Source: Abditibacteriaceae bacterium (GTDB taxonomy: Bacteria > Armatimonadota > Abditibacteriia > Abditibacteriales > Abditibacteriaceae). From it: DNA of 33,908 nucleotides. Shown piece by piece: positions 9,047-19,007 of this stretch. A program made the translations under genes and the position numbers. Each line of letters starts with the position of its first letter. Position 1 is the first letter of the stretch. Under the pieces are notes generated by a model. That model was not told the origin of the DNA. It saw only the letters and a list, made by a program, of their open reading frames with translations, and did no database searches. The DNA lies in contig JANPJS010000032.1 of assembly GCA_031425655.1 (NCBI GenBank), positions 1 to 33,908 of the forward strand. The letters run 5' to 3'.

Positions 9047-11416
9047 ATGAACGGAGCCACACCGAAAGTTGTCGTATCTGCGGCGTTCGCGATGACTGGC
9101 TGTGTTGTTTTGAGTTGCGCTTCGCACGCGCAGGCTCCTGCCGTCGCCGCGCCCGTTGCTACCGCGTCAAAAGTCGAGATGATCACGCCCGCGCAGTGGT
9201 TGCAACGCCAGCCCAAACCGATTTTCAAACCCGGCCACACCATGCCGCGATTGACGCGCTACGCCTATGATTTGAATGTAGAGACATTCAAGGAGTTGGC
9301 CGCAGACTGGAACTATGTGGTGCAAACCAACTACTTGAGCGACGAAGCGGTCGTAAGGGCTAAAGACCCTAAGGACGACCAATACGGCAAATTGGTGGCG
9401 CTGACGCTTTCGGATCCGAAAAAGTATCCGCTCGGCGTGATTTTGGATCGCAGCGAGCCGCCCAATCCCGCGCCCGAAACCTTTTTGCGCGATGCCGAGG
9501 GCAAGCTCATCGCGGGCAACACTTACAGCCCATTGAACCCGCAAAGCACGCTCGATCAGATGGCGGAACTGCGGGCGCGGCCTTTGCGCGAGCTACGCAA
9601 AAAAGTGCCGATCCACATCGTTCTCAACGGCGGAGAATATGGCCTGGGCGTGCCCGGCTTCATGCGGGATCACGCCGCGAAAGACCCCACAGTCGCGGCG
9701 GCCCAAACCAAAAGCGGTCTCGATTGGATCAGTTTCATTTCCAAAGCCAAAAAGCGCGAGATGGACACCATCGCCGCCGCAGTGCGAAAAGCGGTGCCCG
9801 ACCGTCGCCTCTACATTTACTATGCGACCGGCCCCGCCGAGCGAAACCGCTACTGGGGCTGGCGAGACTGGGGCATGGATCCCGAAGACGCACTTGAGGG
9901 CAGCGATTTGCCGGCGACCGAGTATTATTACAAGCACTTCAACGACGGCTATCTGGTTGGGGGGCCGAACGGGGGCAACAACGATATGCTGTCGCGCGCG
10001 CTGAACGCGGTCGGCTTCCAGATCGGGCACGGCAAGAAGTATTCGTATGACTGGCTCTGTGCGGGTTGGGAAGATGAAGCCGACCCCAACGCGCCGCCGG
10101 TGGCTGCTCCCGCTCCTGCTCCCGCTCCTGCTCCCGCGCCTGACAAGCCCGTTGCCGACGCGGGCGAAACGCGCGTTTTATCCAACAACAACGCGGCGGC
10201 TTTGGTTGACCCCAACGCCGGCGGAGTCAGTCCGATGAACCTCTACACCGGCTTCTTGAAGTGCATCTTCACGGCGGGCACGCTGGGCGGCAACGCCGGC
10301 TATTACGCGCTTCCGGGCGGCGGCTTCAACGGCACTTTCCCTGCCGACAAGCCCAAAAACTACCTGCCGCAAATGACGGCGCTTTCGCAGGTGCAGGCGC
10401 TGTTTTCCCATCTCGAAAGCGATGTGCGTTACAGCGACTTGCTATCCGGCCCGAACAAACACGCCAAATCAACCGATCAGCCCGCATATGAGTTCCCAAC
10501 GGGCGATGCAGGCGTGCGAGTGTTAGCACGCAAACATAAAACGCAGAACAAGTGGATCGTTACGGCGTGGGCCGCCGACGGCGTGGATCGCCCGGTCAAA
10601 GTCACGATTCCTGAATTGGGCCAAGTCACGCTTTTGGCGCGTGCGGCGGGCAGCGTTTACACCGCCACTTTGGCGAATAAATCTCCGCAGTTGACTTTGA
10701 ATGACCCGGACGCGATGACGCCCACCGTCAAAGGCTTCGCGCCCAAAGCCATCACCGAAGCGCAAATCCTGGCAACTGTTCCCAAAGCGCCAACGACTCC
10801 GGTGATGAACAATTTTCAGATGTGGTTCGACGCCGCCAAAGGCGTGGAGAAAGACGAAAACGACGGCGTGACTTCGTGGAAACCGGAAGGCACGCTTTCG
10901 ACCTGGCAAGTCAACGCCAAGCCTGAGGGCAGCAAGCCTTTGTGGGTGAAAGACGCGGCCAACGGCTTGCCTGCGGTGCGTTTCAGAGGTGAAAGGAATG
11001 GCTTGTTCAGCCGGAAACTTGATCCCGAACCGGCGTTTTTCGGAGCGGTAAAGACGATCTTCGCGGTCTACGCGTCTTCTGTGCCGTTTGGTTACGGCGG
11101 AGACGGCTGTCGTATTCTGCAAACGTCCATTGTCGGTGAAGGCGCGCCGATCATCTTTGGCGTTGGCCATCCTCCGAATCCTGAAAAGCAAACATGGCAG
11201 GTGAAGATGCACGTCAGCGATGCGACGGCGACTCCGAATTATCTGGCGCTTGGCGCAACGGTTTCAAAGGAGCATGGCGGCGAAGGGCCGCAAATGGGCG
11301 ACCGCGATTTTCGGGGCGATCTGGCCGAAATACTGGTCTATCGCGGGACGCTGACTCCGTCGCAGCAATTCCACGTTCAGTCTTATCTCAAAGCCAAATA
11401 CAAATTGGGTTTGTAA
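9047..11416 (+). CDS. Secreted uncharacterised protein, paralog 1 (conserved ~520-aa core + C-terminal LamG/ConA-like domain)
   Basis: RBS-like AAAGGAAGGG then ATG 9047; signal-like N-terminus; core shared with 12361 and 27701; C-terminal WFDA...NGLPAVRF...GDLAEILVY...YLKAKY. Confidence 0.8.
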   Translation: MNGATPKVVVSAAFAMTGCVVLSCASHAQAPAVAAPVATASKVEMITPAQWLQRQPKPIFKPGHTMPRLTRYAYDLNVETFKELAADWNYVVQTNYLSDEAVVRAKDPKDDQYGKLVALTLSDPKKYPLGVILDRSEPPNPAPETFLRDAEGKLIAGNTYSPLNPQSTLDQMAELRARPLRELRKKVPIHIVLNGGEYGLGVPGFMRDHAAKDPTVAAAQTKSGLDWISFISKAKKREMDTIAAAVRKAVPDRRLYIYYATGPAERNRYWGWRDWGMDPEDALEGSDLPATEYYYKHFNDGYLVGGPNGGNNDMLSRALNAVGFQIGHGKKYSYDWLCAGWEDEADPNAPPVAAPAPAPAPAPAPDKPVADAGETRVLSNNNAAALVDPNAGGVSPMNLYTGFLKCIFTAGTLGGNAGYYALPGGGFNGTFPADKPKNYLPQMTALSQVQALFSHLESDVRYSDLLSGPNKHAKSTDQPAYEFPTGDAGVRVLARKHKTQNKWIVTAWAADGVDRPVKVTIPELGQVTLLARAAGSVYTATLANKSPQLTLNDPDAMTPTVKGFAPKAITEAQILATVPKAPTTPVMNNFQMWFDAAKGVEKDENDGVTSWKPEGTLSTWQVNAKPEGSKPLWVKDAANGLPAVRFRGERNGLFSRKLDPEPAFFGAVKTIFAVYASSVPFGYGGDGCRILQTSIVGEGAPIIFGVGHPPNPEKQTWQVKMHVSDATATPNYLALGATVSKEHGGEGPQMGDRDFRGDLAEILVYRGTLTPSQQFHVQSYLKAKYKLGL
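10106..10141 (+). repeat. Coding tandem repeat (GCTCCCGCTCCT)~3 encoding (AP)n
   Basis: Directly visible. The equivalent tract is shorter in paralog 2 and different in paralog 3. Confidence 0.85.
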
Positions 11417-11431
11417 AACAAGCTCCGTCTC

Positions 11432-12154
11432 ATGCTTACAACACCACTTTCCCAGGCACAACTCGACTTTTACCGCGAGAACGGCTACGTTCTCACCGGA
11501 CGAGTGCTTGATGATGCCACGCTGGACGCTTTGCGCGGCGAAGAAGAACGCTTCCGTTTGAGCAAAACCGACGACGCCCATCAACTCACCATTTTCCGTT
11601 CGCAGGTCTGCGACTTTTCGCAACCCGTGCGTGAGTTCGCCACGCGCGGCCCTCACCTCGCGTGGATGAGCCAACTCATCGGGCCAAACGTGAGCTTGTT
11701 TTACAATCAATTTGTCACCAAATTCCCCGACAATGATCTTAATCGCAGCGAGTTTCCCTGGCATCAGGACAACGGCTACGTGTCAATCAATCCGGCCACC
11801 AACGTCACCCTTTGGATTGCGCTCGACGACGTGGACGAAGAAAACGGCTGCGTGTGGGTGATGCCGAAATCGCATGAAATGGGTTTGCTGCAACACGGCG
11901 CGCAGAGCGCTGACAGTTGGTTTCTCAACGTGCCGGTCGAAGGCGACGGCGTTGCGGCTATTATGCGCGCCGGTGAAGCGGTCGCTTTTAGCGGCTTGAC
12001 GCTGCATCGTTCCAAGCTCAACCGCACCGACCGCATCCGGCGCGGCTTTTTTCTGGAATACGTCGCCGTGAGCGCCACGTTCGGCCCCGACCAAACGCCG
12101 GTCGTGCGCTCGCCTGATTCGTGGGTCGTTTGCGGTGCGGCGGCGCTGCAATAA
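11432..12154 (+). CDS. Phytanoyl-CoA dioxygenase (PhyH)-family Fe(II)/2-oxoglutarate dioxygenase
   Basis: FYRENGY, FPWHQD (HxD), WIALDDVDEENGC, TLHRSKLN...RR. Confidence 0.92.
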   Translation: MLTTPLSQAQLDFYRENGYVLTGRVLDDATLDALRGEEERFRLSKTDDAHQLTIFRSQVCDFSQPVREFATRGPHLAWMSQLIGPNVSLFYNQFVTKFPDNDLNRSEFPWHQDNGYVSINPATNVTLWIALDDVDEENGCVWVMPKSHEMGLLQHGAQSADSWFLNVPVEGDGVAAIMRAGEAVAFSGLTLHRSKLNRTDRIRRGFFLEYVAVSATFGPDQTPVVRSPDSWVVCGAAALQ

Positions 12155-12360
12155 CCGAGGCGGATGAAAAGCACATGACCAAACTTTTAAAGTCAGAGCG
12201 GGCGGTATTGCGTGAACGCATTTCCCTAGCTGGGACGCGAGTATTCACGCCGAACCACGCAGCACTGGCGCTGGGATGCCGCGATGCGCTACCTCAAAGC
12301 CGAAATTCAACGTCCCAAAGTTTGCCCATTGAATTACACGTTCGGCAAAAGGGAAAATTT

Positions 12361-14697
12361 ATGAAAACCGTTTCCAATAACCTCGTCGCACCCCGATTTC
12401 TGACCGCCGCAATCGCGCTTGCAGCGCTTGCCGTTTCCACTTGCGCTTCGCAGCCGCCGGTCGAGATGATCACGCCCGCGCAGTGGCTGCAACGCCAGCC
12501 GAAACCGATTTTTAAACCCGGCCACACCCTGCCGCGCCTGACGCGCTATGGCTGGAGTTTGCGCTTAGACACCAACGTCGAGCTGACGGAAAACTGGCAT
12601 TACGCTCTCCAGTTGCCGACCTACCTCAGCGATGAAGACAGGGTTCTCGACGTAAGGATCAAAGACCCGAACGACGAAGTCTTCAAGATCGTGGCGCTGA
12701 CGAATTCCAATCCGGCCAAATACCCGCTGGCCACGATCCTTTCGCGCAGCGAGCCACCCAACCCGGCGCCGGAAACGTTTCTGCGCGACGCCGAGGGCAA
12801 GCTGCTTTCGGGCAACACTTATAGCCCATTGAACCCGCAGATTACGCTCGATCAGATGGCGGAACTGCGTGCGCGGCCTTTGCGTGAGCTACGCAAAAAA
12901 GTGCCGATCAACATCATTCTCAACGGCGGCGAATACGGTTTGGGCGTGCCCGGCTTCATGCGTCAGCACGCCGAAAAAGACCCCGCAGTCGCAGCCGCCC
13001 AAGCCAAAAGCGGCCTGGATTGGATCAGCTTTATTTCCAGAGCTAAGGGCCGCGAAATGGACACCATCGCCGCTGCGGTGCGAAAAGCGGTGCCCGACCG
13101 CAGGCTTTACATTTACTATGCGACCGGCCCCGCCGACCGCAATCGTTATGGGGGTTGGCGAGACTGGGGCATGGATCCCGAAGACGCGCTCAAAGGCAGC
13201 GACCTGCCGGCGACTGAATATTATTACAAGCACTTCAACAGCGGCTATCTGCCGGATGCCGGCGGCAACGATATATTGACGCGCACCTTGAACGCGGTCG
13301 GCTTTCAAATCAAGCACGGCAAGAAGTATTCTTACGACTGGCTGTCCGGCGGCTGGGCCGACGAAGCCGACCCCAACGCCCCGCCGCCGGTGGCCGCTCC
13401 CGCGCCTGCGCCTGTTCCCGACAAGCCCGTTGCCAACGCGGGCGAAACGCGCGTCTTGTCCAACAACAATGCGGCGGCTTTGGTTGACCCCAACGCCGGT
13501 GGAGTCAGTCCGAACAGCCTTTACACCGGCTTTCTCAAGTGCATCTTTACCGCCGGCACGCTGGCCGGCAACGCCGGCTATTATCAAATGCCCGGCGGCG
13601 GCTTCGACGGCACTTTCCCCGCCGACAGGCCCAAAAACTACCTGCCGCAAATGACGGCGCTGTCTCATGTTCAAGCGCTGTTTTCTCATCTTGAAAGCGA
13701 TGTGCGTTACAGCGACTTGTTGCCCGGCCCCGGCATGCATCGTTGGACGACCGATCAACCGGCGTTTGAATTTCCGACGGGAACGTCGGGCGTGCGCGTG
13801 TTGGCGCGCAAACATAAAACGCAGAACAAGTGGCTAATCACGGCGTGGGCCGCCGATGGCCTTGATCGCCCGGTTAAAGTCACCATTCCCGATTTGGGGC
13901 AAATCAAACTTTTGGCGCGTGCGGCGGGCAGCGTTTACACCGCGACTTTGGCGAATAAATCTCCGCAGTTGACTTTGAACGACCCGGACGCGATGCTGCC
14001 GACGGTCAAAGGTTTCGCGCCCAAAAAAGTCACGACGGCGCAAACTCTGGCGTCCTTCAAAGCGCCGGTCGCGCCGCAGATGCAAGACCTGTTGGCCTGG
14101 TTCGACGCCGCCAAGAGCGTCGAGAAAGATGAAAAGAACGCCGTGCTTTCCTGGAAACCGCAGGGCAGCCTTGCCGACTGGGAAGTCGCTTCGTCCACCG
14201 AAGGTAAGTTGCCGGCTTATGCGAATCGCCGCCCGCCGATGTGGGTTGCCGACGCGGGCAACGGCTTGCCTGCCGTGCGTTTCGGCGGGAATGGAGCCAG
14301 CCTAATGTCGCGCAAATTGAAGCCGGAAGCGGGCTTGAAAGAAGCGGCGATGACGATTTTTGCCGTTTACTCTTCCTCCGTGCCACAGGAAGATATGTCG
14401 CAAAACGGAAACAATAACAGCCTTTTTCGCGTTCCTTCGGGCAGCGGCATCTCGAACGGCCCCTGGCCTAACCCGGCCAAGCAAACCTGGCAAATGCAGA
14501 TGGCGGTTCAACCGTTCAAGGATTCTCCGGAATACATCGTGATCGGCAGCGGCTTCTGGGGCGCGGAACACATTGCGTCCACCTTCTACTTTTCGGGCGA
14601 CATCGCGGAACTTCTGGTTTATCGCGGCGATTTACCGACTGCACAAAAAGTCCAGGCCGAGCTGTATTTGAACGCCAAATACAAATTGCGAGATTAA
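12361..14697 (+). CDS. Secreted uncharacterised protein, paralog 2 (core + C-terminal LamG/ConA-like domain)
   Basis: RBS-like AAAAGGGA then ATG 12361; hydrophobic signal; near-identical core to paralog 1; WFDA...NGLPAVRF...GDIAELLVY...YLNAKY. Confidence 0.8.
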   Translation: MKTVSNNLVAPRFLTAAIALAALAVSTCASQPPVEMITPAQWLQRQPKPIFKPGHTLPRLTRYGWSLRLDTNVELTENWHYALQLPTYLSDEDRVLDVRIKDPNDEVFKIVALTNSNPAKYPLATILSRSEPPNPAPETFLRDAEGKLLSGNTYSPLNPQITLDQMAELRARPLRELRKKVPINIILNGGEYGLGVPGFMRQHAEKDPAVAAAQAKSGLDWISFISRAKGREMDTIAAAVRKAVPDRRLYIYYATGPADRNRYGGWRDWGMDPEDALKGSDLPATEYYYKHFNSGYLPDAGGNDILTRTLNAVGFQIKHGKKYSYDWLSGGWADEADPNAPPPVAAPAPAPVPDKPVANAGETRVLSNNNAAALVDPNAGGVSPNSLYTGFLKCIFTAGTLAGNAGYYQMPGGGFDGTFPADRPKNYLPQMTALSHVQALFSHLESDVRYSDLLPGPGMHRWTTDQPAFEFPTGTSGVRVLARKHKTQNKWLITAWAADGLDRPVKVTIPDLGQIKLLARAAGSVYTATLANKSPQLTLNDPDAMLPTVKGFAPKKVTTAQTLASFKAPVAPQMQDLLAWFDAAKSVEKDEKNAVLSWKPQGSLADWEVASSTEGKLPAYANRRPPMWVADAGNGLPAVRFGGNGASLMSRKLKPEAGLKEAAMTIFAVYSSSVPQEDMSQNGNNNSLFRVPSGSGISNGPWPNPAKQTWQMQMAVQPFKDSPEYIVIGSGFWGAEHIASTFYFSGDIAELLVYRGDLPTAQKVQAELYLNAKYKLRD

Positions 14698-14703
14698 AGC
14701 GAT

Positions 14704-14771
14704 GCGGGGTTTGCGCCCTCTTTCAATCGGGTAGCCGGAGTATTCCGATTGGAAGAGGGCGCAAGCCCCGC
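14704..14771. repeat. Long hairpin (REP-doublet-like or terminator/stabiliser)
   Basis: 27-bp IR 14704-14730 / 14745-14771, 25/27. Both mismatches give G-U pairs in the + transcript. No U-tract. Confidence 0.75.
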
Positions 14772-14818
14772 TATCCAACAACAACTCCTGCGAAGAGGCA
14801 TTAGGTAAAGGAATTTAC

Positions 14819-15886
14819 ATGGTTATAGGTGTTCTTGGTGTCGGTGGGATGGGAAGTTGTGTGATCGGGCATTTGCGAGAATGTCCTGAAGTGACCGGTG
14901 TGGTCGCTTACGATACGGATCCGGCACGTTTGCAGAATTTTGAGGGAGATGTCTTGGTGCGTGGCACCTCACAACTGGACGAGATTCTCTCCGACAGCAG
15001 CCTCACGCTGGTTTTTATAACTGCCCCCAACCATGCCCATAAGGATTTGGCGATTGCTGCGCTCAAAGCAGGAAAAGCGGTGATGTGCGAGAAGCCGATG
15101 GCGAACGAGTTCGGTGACGCACTCGCCATTGTGGAAGCCGCCGAGCAGGAAAATGGATTTTTGCAAATCGGGTTTGAACTCCGTTATTCCAAGCTTTATG
15201 TCCAGGTTAAAAAGTGGATCGACGCCGGTTCCCTGGGCGAGATCATTAATTCCAATTGCACCTATCTTGCTTCGGCGTGGCCCAAGGGAGAGTGGCGTAA
15301 CACCCAGGCGGGCGGCGGCAGTATGTTTGGCGAAAAGCTGAGTCATTACGTTGATCTGCCACGCTGGTGGATCAACTCGCCGGTGAGTTCGATCTACGCG
15401 ACCTGCGCTCCCAATGTCATTCCTTATCTGGAAATGCATGACAATTATCATGCGACTTATCGCTTTGAAAACGGTGCCGTTAGTCATCTGACTTTTATTA
15501 TGGGTGCCGCGTCTACTTTTCGAGGCGACCCCTTACAAAATGTCGTTAGCCAGCAAACCGGCGATGGACACGCTTTGCGCTATCTCGTGGTGGGGACAAA
15601 AGGCGCGGCGGAAGCCGATGTTTTCAACCGTTCCATTAAACGATGGGAATTCGGCGACTCGCCGGAATATTTTACCAGCACTTTAATGGAAACCTTGTCT
15701 TGGGAATCGCATGAAGATCACATTTACTTTCATAACACCTTAGACCAGACGCATGACATTGTGCGCCGCGTGAAACAAGGCCTGCCGCCGCGCATCGCAC
15801 CGCGCGACGCCTTGGAAACCACCAGGCTGTGCTTCGCCGCCGATGAATCGGTGCAAAGCGGTGCCGCCATCTCCCTCGCGGAATAA
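14819..15886 (+). CDS. Gfo/Idh/MocA-family NAD(P)-dependent oxidoreductase
   Basis: IGVLGVGGMG Rossmann motif, APNHAH, AGKAVMCEKP, IGFELRY, GGG...HYVD. Confidence 0.93.
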   Translation: MVIGVLGVGGMGSCVIGHLRECPEVTGVVAYDTDPARLQNFEGDVLVRGTSQLDEILSDSSLTLVFITAPNHAHKDLAIAALKAGKAVMCEKPMANEFGDALAIVEAAEQENGFLQIGFELRYSKLYVQVKKWIDAGSLGEIINSNCTYLASAWPKGEWRNTQAGGGSMFGEKLSHYVDLPRWWINSPVSSIYATCAPNVIPYLEMHDNYHATYRFENGAVSHLTFIMGAASTFRGDPLQNVVSQQTGDGHALRYLVVGTKGAAEADVFNRSIKRWEFGDSPEYFTSTLMETLSWESHEDHIYFHNTLDQTHDIVRRVKQGLPPRIAPRDALETTRLCFAADESVQSGAAISLAE

Positions 15887-16028
15887 TTTCAAACTTTCAA
15901 ACCAACTTCGGCCAAGTGACGATGCCGACCAGCGATCCAGCTATGCTCGCTCCTTCAATGATATTTGCTGGAATTAAATGCAGCAGTAATTCTAAACAGC
16001 CCACCGCCACCCTCATCCACTGACCTCC

Positions 16029-18902
16029 ATGTCCCAAACTCAAATTATTCATCTCTCGCCGCTTGGCAACGACGCCAATGACGGCACTTTCGCGCAGCCT
16101 GTCGCGACGCCGCTGCGGGCGCAGCAATTAGCGCGCATAGCGAGTAAGCCGGTGAATGTTCTGGTTCACGACGGCGTTTATGAACTGGAAGCGACGCTCA
16201 CCTTCACGCCCGCCGACAGCGGGCAGCGTTGGAGCGCCGTGCCGGGCGCAAGACCCGTCTTCAGCGGCGGACGTCGCCTCAAGAATTGGACGGTCGAGTC
16301 GCATGAAGGCAAAACCGTGTGGATGCTGGATTTGCCCGCCGTGCGCGAAGGCGGCTGGTGGTTTATGCAGCTTTGGGTCAATGGTTCGCGGCGTAGTCGG
16401 CCCCGTTTGCCCAAGACGGGATTTTTCCGATTCGCCGGTCTCGACGGGCAACCCGATAGCGGCATGAACTGGATGACTGGCCCCACGCGCGCGGAATATT
16501 CCGAAGGCTCGCTGGAGCGTTTTCGCAACCTCGCCGACGTGCGGATCATCAGTTATCAGCTTTGGTTCGATACGCACCACGGCATCAAAGAACTGGACGA
16601 AGAGCGTCGCGTGGTTCATTTTCATACCAATTCATTAGGCAGCCTGATTGATGAAAGCGGCCAGTTCGCCCGTTTTTTTCTGATAAATGTCGGTGAAGCC
16701 CTGACTGAGCCGGGCGAATGGTATCTGGGTCGGAGCAGCGGAAAGCTGGCGTATCTGCCTTTGCCCGATGAAACCCCGGAAAGGGTCGAGGTTGTGGCGC
16801 CACGCTTAACCGAGTTGGTGCGCTTTCAAGGCGACGAAACGACCGCCGTAACCGACGTTATCCTTGAAAATCTCACGCTGGCATACAACGAATGGAGTCG
16901 TCCCGATACTTCCTGCGGCACCATTCAGGCCGCCTTCGATGTGCCGGGTGCCGTGATGTTCGACCGCGCCGAACGCTGCGTGCTATATGGTTGCGAAGTG
17001 GCGCATATCGCGGGCTACGGCGTCGAAATGTTCGCCGGTTGCCACACCAACGTCATCGCCGCCTGCACCATTCGAGATTTAGGCGCAGGCGCGGTGAAAA
17101 TTGGCCACGAAGAATTGCGTGTTCACAACGATGCCGTCGGTGATCTCTTCGATACGGAACCGCGTTGGCTGCGTCCGATGGCGACGACCATCGCCGATTG
17201 TCATTTGCACGACGGCGGGCATATTTATCCCAGCGCGGTCGGCGTCTGGATCGGCAATGCCGGACAAAATCGCGTTCAGTTCAACGACATTCATCACTTC
17301 GCTTACACCGGCGTTTCATGCGGCTGGACTTGGGGCTACGAGCCGGCGCGCACCTGGGATAACCGCATCGAATATAACCATATTCATCACATCAATCACT
17401 TGCGCGTGCTGTCGGATAACGGCGCGATTTACACGCTGGGAATTCAGCCCGGCACCAAAGTGATCGGCAATCATATCCACGATATTTCCTGCTATCACTA
17501 TGGCGGTCAAGGCCTTTATCCCGACGAAGGCAGCAGCGGCATCGAATACTCGAATAACTGCGTGCATCACGTTTTCAAATTCGGTTACGGCTTCCATTTC
17601 GGCTGTTATCTCACGGTGAAAAACAATATCTTCGCGGTGATGGGAGAGGGAATCTTAGAACCCGGTCGCACCGACATCAGCTGCGGCCACGTCATGGAAG
17701 GGAACATCATGACGTGGACGGATTGCGATACGATTCGCTCTTCGTCCGATTGGGAGCCGCAGGTTTGCACCACCAAAAATAATCTGGTCTGGAAAGACGG
17801 CGTGGGCGGCGTGCCGTGGTTTCGAGAAACATTGGCCAACGAGCAGGCTGCCGGTCGCTGGGAAGGCGCCCTCGAAGCCGATCCGCTGTTTGCCGATGTG
17901 CGTAGCGGCGACTTCACCCTGCGCTCCGATTCACCGGCGTTTGCAATCGGTTTCCAGCCCTTCGATTGGCGCGTGGCCGGAGTTCGCACGCGCGATATTC
18001 TTCCCTTGAACTGGAGCGAATATCGTTTGCCGGACGCGCCGCTTAAACCGATTGCCCTCGCGCAAATCGTGGCCGGCAACCTGACCATTTCCGGCGACAC
18101 GGCGGAGCTTCCTCTTTGCGTGACTTTAGTCAATCCTTCCACCGAAACGGTCAATGGCCGCTGGAACGTGTGTCTGGGCGATGGGTCGGTGCCTCGTGTG
18201 GAGCCGGGCGCGGAACTGCGCGCCGTGCTTGTGCCCGGTGAGTCGGTGCAACACGAGTTGATGGTGCATTTGCAGGCCGCGCACGGTCGCCAGTGGATTC
18301 AGGTTTTGGGCGACGAAGAGATTTGCTTTTCGGCGGCGGTTTCAGCGATGGTGCCGCTGGCCGTCACCATGCCGCGCCTGCCTGAAGGCGCCGATTTAGC
18401 GACCAGCGACGGCCTCGATCTCAGCATCGTCCACGCGGGAACCCAAATGTTGAGCGGCAAAGCGGCTCTCATCGGCGACAGCATCGCTGTGGAGTTGACG
18501 ATACACGACACCGCCCTGAAAATTGACCACGAGGTTCCCTGGCGCGGCGCTTCTGCCGAACTTTTTGCCGCCTCCGAGCCAACGCCCGGAGTCCTCAGCA
18601 TTCCTCAGCAGTGGACTTTGGTTCCCGGCGATGAACACGGAAGCGCCGCCGTCCATTGGGAGCAGGGGAGCGTTGATCTGGCAACGTGGGAAATCGGCAC
18701 GATGGAAGGCGGTTGGTGGGCGCGTATTCGCTTGCCGCTGAATGCTCTGGGGCTGGAACCGGATGCGAAAAATTTCCGGTTCGATGTTCTCTGCACCGCG
18801 ATGTCGCCCATTAGCGGACAAAATCTGCTTCGCCTGCCTTGCTGGGGCGTGCCCAACAACTGGGCGACTTCCGCCAACCTGGTGCGTGTCTTGACCACTT
18901 GA
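16029..18902 (+). CDS. Right-handed beta-helix glycoside hydrolase (GH141-like) with C-terminal beta-sandwich (CBM9-like) domains; no signal peptide
   Basis: SP.GND...GT..QP.AT, GVYEL..TL.FT..DSG, PVFSGG, EPGEWY, GAGAVKIG, YTGVSCGWTWGY, SDNGAIYTLG.QPGT, YPDEGSS. Confidence 0.72.
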   Translation: MSQTQIIHLSPLGNDANDGTFAQPVATPLRAQQLARIASKPVNVLVHDGVYELEATLTFTPADSGQRWSAVPGARPVFSGGRRLKNWTVESHEGKTVWMLDLPAVREGGWWFMQLWVNGSRRSRPRLPKTGFFRFAGLDGQPDSGMNWMTGPTRAEYSEGSLERFRNLADVRIISYQLWFDTHHGIKELDEERRVVHFHTNSLGSLIDESGQFARFFLINVGEALTEPGEWYLGRSSGKLAYLPLPDETPERVEVVAPRLTELVRFQGDETTAVTDVILENLTLAYNEWSRPDTSCGTIQAAFDVPGAVMFDRAERCVLYGCEVAHIAGYGVEMFAGCHTNVIAACTIRDLGAGAVKIGHEELRVHNDAVGDLFDTEPRWLRPMATTIADCHLHDGGHIYPSAVGVWIGNAGQNRVQFNDIHHFAYTGVSCGWTWGYEPARTWDNRIEYNHIHHINHLRVLSDNGAIYTLGIQPGTKVIGNHIHDISCYHYGGQGLYPDEGSSGIEYSNNCVHHVFKFGYGFHFGCYLTVKNNIFAVMGEGILEPGRTDISCGHVMEGNIMTWTDCDTIRSSSDWEPQVCTTKNNLVWKDGVGGVPWFRETLANEQAAGRWEGALEADPLFADVRSGDFTLRSDSPAFAIGFQPFDWRVAGVRTRDILPLNWSEYRLPDAPLKPIALAQIVAGNLTISGDTAELPLCVTLVNPSTETVNGRWNVCLGDGSVPRVEPGAELRAVLVPGESVQHELMVHLQAAHGRQWIQVLGDEEICFSAAVSAMVPLAVTMPRLPEGADLATSDGLDLSIVHAGTQMLSGKAALIGDSIAVELTIHDTALKIDHEVPWRGASAELFAASEPTPGVLSIPQQWTLVPGDEHGSAAVHWEQGSVDLATWEIGTMEGGWWARIRLPLNALGLEPDAKNFRFDVLCTAMSPISGQNLLRLPCWGVPNNWATSANLVRVLTT

Positions 18903-19007
18903 ACCACGACTTGCCGTTTGTTGCAAAAACCCGTTGTCTTAACAGTCAGAAATATTTCGTCAAAGGAAAACCAAAATTCAATAGTCTTCGGGCACTCGTC
19001 ATCTATC

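Noticed and set aside
12121..12360. Extended N-terminus of paralog 2 (likewise upstream starts at 3938, 5879, 8993, 18918, 23223)
   Set aside because: Downstream ATGs give better RBS and/or signal-peptide placement, and the extensions look non-coding.
15887..15902. TTTCAAAC x2 tandem repeat after the Gfo/Idh/MocA stop
   Set aside because: Too short to distinguish from chance or simple slippage.
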